The notes: a model not told the origin generated them from the letters alone. DNA of 60,280 nt from Candidatus Omnitrophota bacterium (GCA_028280285.1 JANQMA010000023.1:1-60280); one strand, 5' to 3'; numbered from the stretch's first letter, positions 9,251 through 17,635 are shown. Numbers and translations: made by a program.

Positions 9251-12200
9251 CTAACACCTTCCCCCTAAAACCTTTAACATTTCTTGCCGCAGGTGGGACA
9301 AATCGCCAATCTCTGCTTTGGCCGCCTCATATGGCTCGGGATCATCCGGCAGTTCATCAGCAAGACCTAAAAATAGTGGAAGATTGGTCATCGGCTGGAC
9401 ATTAATGATCACCGGCACAAGCCCGTCAATGCTTAAGCGCAGCTGCTCAATCTGTTCTTGCGGAATATCAAACTTAAGGCAATCATCGAACGCGTCTTCC
9501 GAACAATCCGAGCCCTGCATGCCTTTGGTCTTCAACTCCCAGTTGGCGGGGTTAAGATCAATCCCACCTTTCTTAGCGTCTAGCGTAGAGCGGTTAGCGT
9601 TTAGATCACTATTCGCTATACGCTGTACGCTGCCTTCCGCCATCGCCGCCGGGTCGGGTTTAGCTTCGCTATCAAGGGCTGCAAAATCATCTTCTAAATC
9701 TGTCTTTATTTTTTGTAGATGATAAATCAATACATCCACAAAAATATTCCCTACCTTTTCTCGACTAATAACTTCCGATAATCTTCCTTTCACCGTATTC
9801 AAATATACATCAATCTCTTCTGCCTGATTGTACGTTGGGATATTTTGTTGTATCTCATATTTACTAAATGACAAAACATCCCTCACCACTTCAACATATG
9901 TATCACTTATATCTTCATGCTGTGCTATAAGCTCAGCCATACGTTCTGTTTGTTTTTGAGAAGTTAATACGAATAGATCGCTCATTAATTTTCCACGAAC
10001 AGACAGCCCCTTTTCAGTATTACTCCAAATTTCTTTAACCAAATCAAGGGTTTGAGACTTTAAATCAATAATATATAAATTAAGCGCCATCTGAGCTGTT
10101 TCTTTATCATAAAGCAATTCATCAGGATCTTCGAAATTATTAAACGCAGTTTCTTTACGAATAAAAAATTCAAAATTCATTGTATCTGTAAATTTCATTG
10201 TAATACCAAAAATCGTAAAAAGCGCATCAACATCAGGGTTATCCAAAAGATAATCAAGGATAATAGGATATAAAAATTCCAATTGATCAACCCCATTGGA
10301 ATCCTCCGTTAAATGATCACTCACAATACTCTCAATATCAGAAAGGACCTGTATTAAAAACCCCTTCATTGTAGATTTACTATATGCCTTGCTTAGTTGA
10401 TCATAGCTTGCAACTTTTTCTTCATATAACTTGCGTAAACCTTGGTGCAATCCTTTGATTGTCTTACCTGTCTTATATTTATATTCTGTGTGACTAAATG
10501 ATGCCGCATCGCCCTTGCCTCCCATCGCCGCCGGGTCGGTTGGTTCTTGATTGAGAGCAGCCGTATCGCTATCAGTGTCCTCAAACGCATCTCCCATTTC
10601 CTGCACTTCATCAATCAACCTACGGGTATCCTTTTCATACTTTTGCTGGCGTTTAATTCCTTCTATTTTTCCCTGATCAAATGGTTTTCGCACCTCATCT
10701 CTTATATCCTCAGGCAGCGCAACTAAAATATGTGCACCCACAGTTGCAAGCGCTGACAATAGTTCATCTTGTTTTTTCACACCGGGCTGGTTCACTTGCT
10801 CCTTGATTCCTTCTATTATCTGACTCAGCAACAATGGAGTATCCTCCAACCGCTGAAGAGCCGACGTCACAATAGCTCTTTGCCTTCCTTCTGAGCCTCT
10901 ATTTTTAAAAATGGAAGTAAAAAGCTCAAATGATTCTTGTTGGTCAACAACCTCATCGCCATGCACAATACTATCCAAAATACGTGTAAGAATCACAAGC
11001 TCTAGATATTTTTTATTTTTCTCAGTATCAGCATAGAGCATTTGAAGATTATCCGAAAACTCAACCACATCATATTCACTCATCGCCGCGGCATCAGCCT
11101 TATCGCCAAGCGTTTCAGCATCCGAATCATTCGACGGGTCTAAAACAGGCGTATCTGTCATTTTATGAAACGGTTTATGGACACGTAACATAAATTTTCT
11201 AAACAAATCAGATAAGGATTTCTCTAAGTCATATAACTCACTCTCATTGGCTGGTGATGCCACCATGCCCATTTCGACCAAACCCGTTATAACCTCGTCT
11301 AGAACTTTATCCGGTAATTGTGTTTCAAGGAATACACCAAGAAACTGTGCTCCTAAATCATTCTTTCCATAACCAGCATCAAGTTGCTCAGCAATGCCCT
11401 TAATGCCTTTAATCATCTTAATACCCCTAGCGTCCTTAATATCCCCAAAATAATCTCTATTAATAATATTACGTTTAAGAAATTGAGGAGAATAATCAGA
11501 GATATTAACATATCTTACTCCCTTGGATGCGTGTACAGTATCATACGGCATATGATACAACACACTTAACTTCCACATTTCTATCAAGTAGTCTCCCAAA
11601 ACATCAAATTTTTCTTTCATAATTTGTTTCAAGTAGTCTCCTAAAACCTTAAAATCTTCTTCTGTAGGAAGTTGCATTAGCTCTAACATTTTAGTAATGT
11701 TCTCTGAAGGAATCATGTGACCATTTGCCCCTCTTACAAATTCATATTTTTTTTTCTCATTCCATGGGTGTCCTGGAAATTCGCCCTTGAGCAATTTTTT
11801 CTTTTTCGCCTGAGCATCCACACCCAAAGCCAAAGCTCCTGCTGCCGATACGGCCGTTTTCACAAACTTCCTGCGATTCATCGCCGCCGGGTCGGTTGGT
11901 TCTTGCAGCGCTGCTGGTTCAGAAACGGCAGCATTTTCTCCATCAGCATAATTAGTTTGCCAATACTGCATAACCGTCTCAATGAACGGCATTAATCGTG
12001 GCTTAACGTTTTCAAATTTTGGCACATCCCCAAACAACTCGATTAATAAATCATTTGCCTCTTGCCTTATATCGTTATCATCCAAAGATTCAATAAAATC
12101 CATACGATGTTTATAGGCTGCAGGTGATGAAATAAACATCAATTTTTTCTCTTCGGGTGACAAATTTTTAATACGCCTATTAGCCGCCTCAGACCCTATT

Positions 12201-15200
12201 CGATTGCTCAACCATGCTCTTACAGCCTCCCGCGCCCCTTCCATGCTATAGCCCAAACGGCGGATCAAAAGTTCTTCCCGAATAATCCGCGCCGCTATGA
12301 CATACTCTGGCGGCCATTGAAAATCGACCAACTTTTCGGCTAACATTACTTCCGGAAAAGCACGATTAACGGCAATCTCGTGAATTAATGATTTAGGGTA
12401 TTGTGAAGCAGCAATTTCTCCTAAAGCGCCTGCCAGTTCCGCATGAGCTGTGAATCTAAACTCAGGGGCCTCTATATCAGTTGTCGCATTATATTGCTTA
12501 ATTAACCTTTCGACCGATCGTTTATAGTCGCCTCGTCGAATACGCTCTGTTGTATAAACATGTGTAGTTTCATGATAAGCTATCTCCAGTAAATAATTTT
12601 TAATAATTCGCTTATCAGAAATATTTTTAAAATCATTTTCAAATACCCGGTATACATGTTGTGCTATTTCTGCACCGATAGGATCTTTTTTAAGATCAGA
12701 TACAACAGGAGAATTATTTAATTTTCGTTTAAGATTTTCCAGTTTTTTACGAAGATAATAAAAATTAACAAACACATTGTGTCCAACCTGTCTACCTATG
12801 CCGGTAAAAATAGGATTAGGTGTATCCACCATATGAAATAGTGTCGGTTTATCCAACATAATTTCTTGTTTCACTTTGCTCTGTATATTATTTTCATAAT
12901 AGAGAGCAAGAAGATCAACGTAAACGCCATTCAAATCAAGCTTGGCTTTACGTACGAATTTTCCATCCCGACCAATGAGTGCCTGATTGTCATCCAAAAG
13001 TTTTTGTTCTAATTGTCCGATCTGATCTGGTGTTAATCCTTTGGTGATCGGTAATGCGGCCTGTGCATTCATTTTTTCTAAAAATTCATGAATAATGCTT
13101 TGTGCGGTATCCCCAGGCTGAACGATAACATGATAATAAAAACTCCATTGATCACGCACAAACCGAAATTTTGCCCCCTGCAGAAATGGAGAAACTGGCC
13201 CCAACACCATAAGCGCCCCAACTGTCCTGATAAACCTTCGTCTATTCATATCCATCGCCGCCGGGTCGGTTGGGGCGTCTTGTAGCGCTCCATCATCTTC
13301 ATTTAATACATTCGCCGTATCAGCTTTAGATAAACTTGCAAACTCAACATTGTCATAGTTCAGTTTGTTGTATATCAAATCGAAATTCACCTCACCACCC
13401 CTTATGGCACGTCGCAACAAAGATAAACTACCATCTTCTCTGGACACTTTCATAGATGCAACAGAAATTATATTCGTTAAATGCACAAGATCTTTATCAT
13501 TTGTGATTATAAATTGCGAAGAAACATCAACCATCCTTTCAACAAGTAATCGATTTCCAATAATCTTCTCTGCGTCTTTTTCTGTCGACCATTGCGATAC
13601 TGCTGAGAAAAACCTTCCCAATTCATATGGTTCTTGTTTTGACATAGCAATGTAACTACGCAAACCATGATAAAAAGACTCGTAGTCAGAAGAGATAGCC
13701 AATGAAAGATCCTCTTCAGGAAGAAGGGCATATAGACCATAAATGTCCTCATTAAAATATTGTAGTTTTTCTTCAGGCATTCCATCTCGATTGGAAGAGT
13801 TTTCAATCGAACTGATAAGTGAAAAATATCCTTTATTATGATTTACAACAGCTCTTCTTTCTTTATCACTTCCATCATGCAATCGATGAAAGTCAGATAT
13901 ATATCCAAATTGCTCCTGTATGGCCTGCGCATAACGATTAAAGCGCTCTACATCTCCATTTAGCTCACGCATTGTGTCAAGAAGATCACTAAATTGATTA
14001 GAAATCATATTCTCATCAAAAATTATACTTTCCGTATAAGGATCCCACTGATCGAATCCTGCTCGCCGATACTCTTCCTTTAACATTTCTGTAAATATTT
14101 TATTAGAATTTTGCATTGACCAATGACTTGGTAAACCATTTTCTATAATTGAAGTAATAATATTTGACTTGAGATCAAGCATAGCGCTCATCATAGGTTT
14201 AACTTCTGTTTCATCTAAAAACAGATTGTCTTCAAAAGGTTCTTTTTCGTTTGGATCACTATCATCTCCTTGTTCTTCTTCAGATATTTCTTTTTCAATA
14301 ATTGTTCGTATTTGATCGCTCTCGACCTCATCAGATGACTTGAATAAAATGACAGACATAACAAAAGCTGCTCCTGCGGCTGCAAATAGACCTATGTTTT
14401 TGAGCGTTGATAATGACGCATTATCTTTGTTTTCTGTGCGTAGTGCATTATCCATCACCGCTTGATCAAAACCAAATCCCCCAGAAAAATACTTGCGTGG
14501 GATGATTTGTTGCGCAACCGGATCGTATTCTTCTTTGATGTAGTCATAGACCCCGACTTTGAATGATTCGACATATTGATCGTAGATTTTTTGTGCCGCG
14601 CCTTCTTCACCGTGCGTGACGCCTTTGGTCTTGTTCTGATCCACGTACACTTGTGTAAGAACAGAGTTCTTGAGCTTACGTTTGTACCAGCTGGCAAGGA
14701 TGAGCGAGTTGTAGATCTGACGCAGCGGAGCAAAATGAGTTCCTTGATTCACCTCTTCTTCAAGCACCGGGAGGATAATGTCACGGATAATCTCAGCGTT
14801 TGGCGTATAGCGTTTAGCGTTTAGGGAGTTATCAGCTGATGGCTGAGAACTACTATCCGCTATCCGCTGTTCGCTACTCGCTAGAGCCAGGTAATCTTCT
14901 TCCAGCATAACTTTCAATCTACTCTCCACCACATACGCCACGCCATCACCTTCATAGACAGTCGCCTCTTCCGGGACGATCCACACCTTATTGAAAGTGT
15001 TGACCGGTATATTATCCAAGCCCGATTTTTGCTTAATCCGCTCCCAAAATTTTTGTCCCACACCTCCATCTTCCGGATACATCAGTGATGAGGTGAGCTG
15101 CTTGAGTAAATAGTCCTGGGCCAGCAATTCACGGCCCATCTCCGTCATCCCAAATTGCTCCGGAATAATTCGGTCCTCTTCATACGGGGATAAGTTCACC

Positions 15201-15520
15201 CATAGATCAGATTCGGGGACAGTCAGTGAGGCAAGGAAGTATTTGATCAGCTTGGTAGACTCTTCCTGAAGGACCTCACCTTCCATCCCCGAATCTCCGG
15301 GATCTATAATAAAATCGAATTGAAAGGGGTTTTCCGGGTTTATCTTTAAACCCTTAACTGTCACTGGGGCATAGGGTTGTGTCAAATTAAGCATATTGCC
15401 GATCGGGAGCAACACTATCGGCTGGGCAAAAGCAGAAACGGGCATCTGGATAGATGTCCATAGAAAGGCCACTATAGTAAAAATAGATATAGTTTTATTA
15501 AAAGGGGTATTTCGTCTCAT
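9251..15520 (-). CDS. Giant modular envelope protein (2,089 aa), paralog of the 3,539-aa ORF; function unknown
   Basis: Uninterrupted 6.3-kb ORF in AT-rich DNA. Sec-type signal MRRNTPFNKTISIFTIVAFLWTSIQMPVSAFA. N-terminal domain (aa ~40-355) is shared with the other giant ORF (NPFQFDFIID, DLWVNLSPYE.DRIIP, FAPLRQIY.SLILA.WYK, IIPRKYFSGGF). Six D-x-A-[AV]-M junctions end at M356, M756, M1214, M1480, M1666 and M1960. Two internal Tat-like signals. HETTH at aa 983-987. C-terminal GGIDLN...GLVPVIINVQPMTNLPLFLGLA tail. Confidence 0.9.
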   Translation of the reverse strand: MRRNTPFNKTISIFTIVAFLWTSIQMPVSAFAQPIVLLPIGNMLNLTQPYAPVTVKGLKINPENPFQFDFIIDPGDSGMEGEVLQEESTKLIKYFLASLTVPESDLWVNLSPYEEDRIIPEQFGMTEMGRELLAQDYLLKQLTSSLMYPEDGGVGQKFWERIKQKSGLDNIPVNTFNKVWIVPEEATVYEGDGVAYVVESRLKVMLEEDYLALASSEQRIADSSSQPSADNSLNAKRYTPNAEIIRDIILPVLEEEVNQGTHFAPLRQIYNSLILASWYKRKLKNSVLTQVYVDQNKTKGVTHGEEGAAQKIYDQYVESFKVGVYDYIKEEYDPVAQQIIPRKYFSGGFGFDQAVMDNALRTENKDNASLSTLKNIGLFAAAGAAFVMSVILFKSSDEVESDQIRTIIEKEISEEEQGDDSDPNEKEPFEDNLFLDETEVKPMMSAMLDLKSNIITSIIENGLPSHWSMQNSNKIFTEMLKEEYRRAGFDQWDPYTESIIFDENMISNQFSDLLDTMRELNGDVERFNRYAQAIQEQFGYISDFHRLHDGSDKERRAVVNHNKGYFSLISSIENSSNRDGMPEEKLQYFNEDIYGLYALLPEEDLSLAISSDYESFYHGLRSYIAMSKQEPYELGRFFSAVSQWSTEKDAEKIIGNRLLVERMVDVSSQFIITNDKDLVHLTNIISVASMKVSREDGSLSLLRRAIRGGEVNFDLIYNKLNYDNVEFASLSKADTANVLNEDDGALQDAPTDPAAMDMNRRRFIRTVGALMVLGPVSPFLQGAKFRFVRDQWSFYYHVIVQPGDTAQSIIHEFLEKMNAQAALPITKGLTPDQIGQLEQKLLDDNQALIGRDGKFVRKAKLDLNGVYVDLLALYYENNIQSKVKQEIMLDKPTLFHMVDTPNPIFTGIGRQVGHNVFVNFYYLRKKLENLKRKLNNSPVVSDLKKDPIGAEIAQHVYRVFENDFKNISDKRIIKNYLLEIAYHETTHVYTTERIRRGDYKRSVERLIKQYNATTDIEAPEFRFTAHAELAGALGEIAASQYPKSLIHEIAVNRAFPEVMLAEKLVDFQWPPEYVIAARIIREELLIRRLGYSMEGAREAVRAWLSNRIGSEAANRRIKNLSPEEKKLMFISSPAAYKHRMDFIESLDDNDIRQEANDLLIELFGDVPKFENVKPRLMPFIETVMQYWQTNYADGENAAVSEPAALQEPTDPAAMNRRKFVKTAVSAAGALALGVDAQAKKKKLLKGEFPGHPWNEKKKYEFVRGANGHMIPSENITKMLELMQLPTEEDFKVLGDYLKQIMKEKFDVLGDYLIEMWKLSVLYHMPYDTVHASKGVRYVNISDYSPQFLKRNIINRDYFGDIKDARGIKMIKGIKGIAEQLDAGYGKNDLGAQFLGVFLETQLPDKVLDEVITGLVEMGMVASPANESELYDLEKSLSDLFRKFMLRVHKPFHKMTDTPVLDPSNDSDAETLGDKADAAAMSEYDVVEFSDNLQMLYADTEKNKKYLELVILTRILDSIVHGDEVVDQQESFELFTSIFKNRGSEGRQRAIVTSALQRLEDTPLLLSQIIEGIKEQVNQPGVKKQDELLSALATVGAHILVALPEDIRDEVRKPFDQGKIEGIKRQQKYEKDTRRLIDEVQEMGDAFEDTDSDTAALNQEPTDPAAMGGKGDAASFSHTEYKYKTGKTIKGLHQGLRKLYEEKVASYDQLSKAYSKSTMKGFLIQVLSDIESIVSDHLTEDSNGVDQLEFLYPIILDYLLDNPDVDALFTIFGITMKFTDTMNFEFFIRKETAFNNFEDPDELLYDKETAQMALNLYIIDLKSQTLDLVKEIWSNTEKGLSVRGKLMSDLFVLTSQKQTERMAELIAQHEDISDTYVEVVRDVLSFSKYEIQQNIPTYNQAEEIDVYLNTVKGRLSEVISREKVGNIFVDVLIYHLQKIKTDLEDDFAALDSEAKPDPAAMAEGSVQRIANSDLNANRSTLDAKKGGIDLNPANWELKTKGMQGSDCSEDAFDDCLKFDIPQEQIEQLRLSIDGLVPVIINVQPMTNLPLFLGLADELPDDPEPYEAAKAEIGDLSHLRQEMLKVLGGRC
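9576..9630. repeat. In-frame palindromic heptamer element, (GCGNNTA)x4 ... (TNNNCGC)x3
   Basis: gcgtcta gcgtaga gcggtta gcgttta g atcac tattcgc tatacgc tgtacgc. Encodes ~SVQRIANSDLNANRSTLDA, a segment missing from the equivalent place in the other giant ORF. Confidence 0.7.
9641..9660. repeat. GC-rich junction repeat, degenerate copy
   Basis: catcgccgccgggtcgggtt (KPDPAAM, M1960). A further variant, catcgccgcggcatcagcc, lies at 11081-11099 (DAAAM, M1480). Confidence 0.8.
10523..10549. repeat. GC-rich junction repeat, same core
   Basis: catcgccgccgggtcggttggttcttg. Precedes MGGKGD (M1666). Confidence 0.9.
11879..11908. repeat. GC-rich junction repeat, same core
   Basis: catcgccgccgggtcggttggttcttgcag. 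The first 27 nt are identical to the copy at 10523. Precedes MNRRKF (M1214). Confidence 0.9.
13253..13285. repeat. GC-rich junction repeat, core CATCGCCGCCGGGTCGGTTGG (encodes PTDPAAM on the minus strand)
   Basis: catcgccgccgggtcggttggggcgtcttgtag. Precedes MDMNRRRF (M756). Confidence 0.9.
14803..14881. repeat. In-frame palindromic heptamer element, (GCGTWTA)x3 ... (TNNNCGC)x4
   Basis: gcgtata gcgttta gcgttta ... tcagctga ... tatccgc tatccgc tgttcgc tactcgc. Encodes SSEQRIADSSS...SLNAKR inside the shared N-terminal domain. Confidence 0.7.
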
Positions 15521-15644
15521 GCATCACAATAAAAGTTGTTGGTTGTTAGATCAATTGAGTCTACCGAAGAAAGTATGCCATATATATTATTTATATAAAG
15601 ATAGGAAGGGAAAAATCAGGAAAGCGTTTTCGCAAATTTTACAT

Positions 15645-15974
15645 TTATTCACTCAGACGAAATGGCTTGATTTTTTTGACTTCACGGCTTGGATTATTGA
15701 GCGCATGCCACACATCATAATTTAATTGGCCTTGCGTCCACAAATCAATACTTGTTTCGAAACATTTGGATAGGCGATGCGCTATTTCTAGAGAAATTGG
15801 CTTTTTTTGATGAACAATATCACTTAAGTGTTTACGAGAAATCTTTAACCGATCGGCCATGTCTTTTTGAGTAATCTCAAAAGGGGCCATAAACTCTTCC
15901 AATAATATTTCCCCGGGATGCACCGGTGGACGATTAGTTGGCAAAGAGTAGTTAATTTTGTTTTTCATTATCAT
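15645..15974 (-). CDS. higA: HigA-family antitoxin (XRE helix-turn-helix)
   Basis: 109 aa. PPVHPGEILLEEFMAPFEITQKDMADRLKISRKHLSDIVHQKKPIS. GAGGAG 7 nt upstream of the ATG. Confidence 0.85.
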   Translation of the reverse strand: MIMKNKINYSLPTNRPPVHPGEILLEEFMAPFEITQKDMADRLKISRKHLSDIVHQKKPISLEIAHRLSKCFETSIDLWTQGQLNYDVWHALNNPSREVKKIKPFRLSE

Positions 15975-15985
15975 GTTAGTTCTCC

Positions 15986-16279
15986 TCAGTGATAATCGAT
16001 AATTTCTACATTTTTAGGCCCATCAGGTGACCACGCAAAACATATACGATATTGCTCATTAATGCGAATACTATACTGTCCTTTACGATCACCCTTTAAT
16101 TTCTCCAAATGATTGTTTGGAGGAATTTTTAAATCATTTAAACTCAACGCATTTTCTAAAAAATAAAACTTCCGATACACCAACTTCCATAAATGTGTTG
16201 GTAATCGTTTAAGTGCCTTTTTGCTGCGAATACCGTTGTAAATATCTTCTGTTGTCGAATCACGAAATGATTGAATCAT
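15986..16279 (-). CDS. higB: HigB/RelE-family toxin (plasmid maintenance system killer type)
   Basis: 97 aa. MIQSFRDSTTEDIYNG..., LKGDRKGQYSIRINEQYRICFAWSPDGPKNVEIIDYH. Toxin-first gene order is typical of higBA. Confidence 0.85.
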   Translation of the reverse strand: MIQSFRDSTTEDIYNGIRSKKALKRLPTHLWKLVYRKFYFLENALSLNDLKIPPNNHLEKLKGDRKGQYSIRINEQYRICFAWSPDGPKNVEIIDYH

Positions 16280-16284
16280 GACTT

Positions 16285-16314
16285 AAATGTAACCTAAAAG
16301 GTTACATTTGTCAA
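16285..16314 (-). promoter_or_regulatory. Putative higBA promoter with overlapping palindromic operator
   Basis: Minus strand reads TTGACA-17 nt-TACATT-taagtc-ATG. The perfect 10-bp inverted repeat AAATGTAACC/GGTTACATTT (16285-16309) covers the spacer and the -10 box. Confidence 0.5.
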
Positions 16315-16351
16315 ATATTTCTTTTTTCGCCAAATGGAAATAAAAAATCGA

Positions 16352-17635
16352 TTAACCGCGTACTTTTGCACCTAATCTCTTAAAATCTTTCGGAAAGCCG
16401 GGGTAGGATTTGGCGCAGCACTGCATGTTTTTGATGCGGACCCCGATTTTAAGGCCCAGGACGCTGAAGGCCATGGCCAGGCGGTGGTCGTTGTGAGGAT
16501 CGAGAAGCACATTGGATTTGTAGGTTTCTTGCGGATGAATAATGAGCGCATCACGGCGCTCGGTGATTTTGGCACCGACCTTAAGGAGTTCTTTACGTAA
16601 ATCGCCAATACGGTCCGACTCCTTGGCCCGCGCATGGGCAATGTCCACCAGTTCAGTTTTGCCACGAGCAAAAAGAGCGAGCACCGCCATAATCGGCACA
16701 AGGTCCGGACAGTCTTTGAGCGAAAACCGTCCGCCCTTAAGACGAAACGGCCCTTTAAGCTTAATCGCCTTGGATGTCTTTGTAAATTTAACCCCCATCT
16801 TTTTAATCAACGGAATAATGTGTCCATCGGCCTGCACAAACTCATCGCGAAACGCGCCTTTGAGTGTAACGTTAGAATCAGTTAATGCTGCTGCCGCCAA
16901 ATGAAATGCCGCCAGACCATAGTCAGACGGAACAGCGAAATTGCACAGCCCTTTAAACTTTTGTCCACCGCGTACCACATAATCACGTGCGCCTTTTTTG
17001 CGGACAGTGACACCCGCCTCTTTTAACACTTGTGTTGTCATAGTGATATAATCGCTCGACACAGTTGTGCTTCCCGTTAAATGGACATGCGTATTTTCAT
17101 CAAGTACCGGTGCCGCGATGAGAAGGGCCGAAATGAATTGAGAACTAAGCGAACCGTCGATATTAATTTTACCCGCTCGCAACTTACCGCCGGAAATTTT
17201 AATCGGCACACTTTCTTGACGCCCCTTGCCGCGAATCTTAACACCCATGGCACGCATGGCTTTTGTTAAAAATTGATTCGGACGGCCGACCAGGGTGCCG
17301 GAACCTTTGATTATCGAGTTGTCGGAATAAAGCGCACACAAAGGAAGGACAAAGCGCAGCGTCGTGCCGGACTCCTTGACGTGGATATTTTTTAAATTAA
17401 CTTTCCTTGCAAAGGCAGCGATCTTCCAGGCATCACCGACGGCCTTTGTGATTTTTGATCCGAACAACTTGGCCACATCACGGGCAACAAGCGCATCATC
17501 ACAATCCGAAGGATTTATAATTTTTGATTTTCCGCCGCAAGCCGCAATCATCCAAGCACGAATCGAATACGATTTCGACGCAGGAAGCTGGATTGAACCT
17601 TTAAGTTTTTGGGTTGGTTTAACTTGGAATAACAT
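16352..17635 (-). CDS. aroA: 3-phosphoshikimate 1-carboxyvinyltransferase (EPSP synthase)
   Basis: 427 aa. LPASKSYSIRAWMIAA, ESGTTLRF, GTLVGRPN, DHRLAMAFSVLGL. Confidence 0.9.
   Translation of the reverse strand: MLFQVKPTQKLKGSIQLPASKSYSIRAWMIAACGGKSKIINPSDCDDALVARDVAKLFGSKITKAVGDAWKIAAFARKVNLKNIHVKESGTTLRFVLPLCALYSDNSIIKGSGTLVGRPNQFLTKAMRAMGVKIRGKGRQESVPIKISGGKLRAGKINIDGSLSSQFISALLIAAPVLDENTHVHLTGSTTVSSDYITMTTQVLKEAGVTVRKKGARDYVVRGGQKFKGLCNFAVPSDYGLAAFHLAAAALTDSNVTLKGAFRDEFVQADGHIIPLIKKMGVKFTKTSKAIKLKGPFRLKGGRFSLKDCPDLVPIMAVLALFARGKTELVDIAHARAKESDRIGDLRKELLKVGAKITERRDALIIHPQETYKSNVLLDPHNDHRLAMAFSVLGLKIGVRIKNMQCCAKSYPGFPKDFKRLGAKVRG

Noticed and set aside
8301-9440. Diversity-generating retroelement (TR/VR pair) as the explanation for the duplicated giant-gene tail. 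The same idea was considered for R1/R2 at 49000 and 57493
   Set aside because: Mismatches between the copies affect all four bases rather than adenine-specific positions. No reverse transcriptase gene is in the window.
9251-15520. The giant ORFs as an artefact of an alternative genetic code, or as unresolved separate genes
   Set aside because: Neighbouring housekeeping genes stop normally at TAA, TGA and TAG, which fits code 11. The giant frames contain no stop for 6.3 and 10.6 kb in AT-rich DNA, and their modules are joined in frame by a recurring motif. Collapse or misassembly at the repeated junction blocks cannot be excluded without reads.
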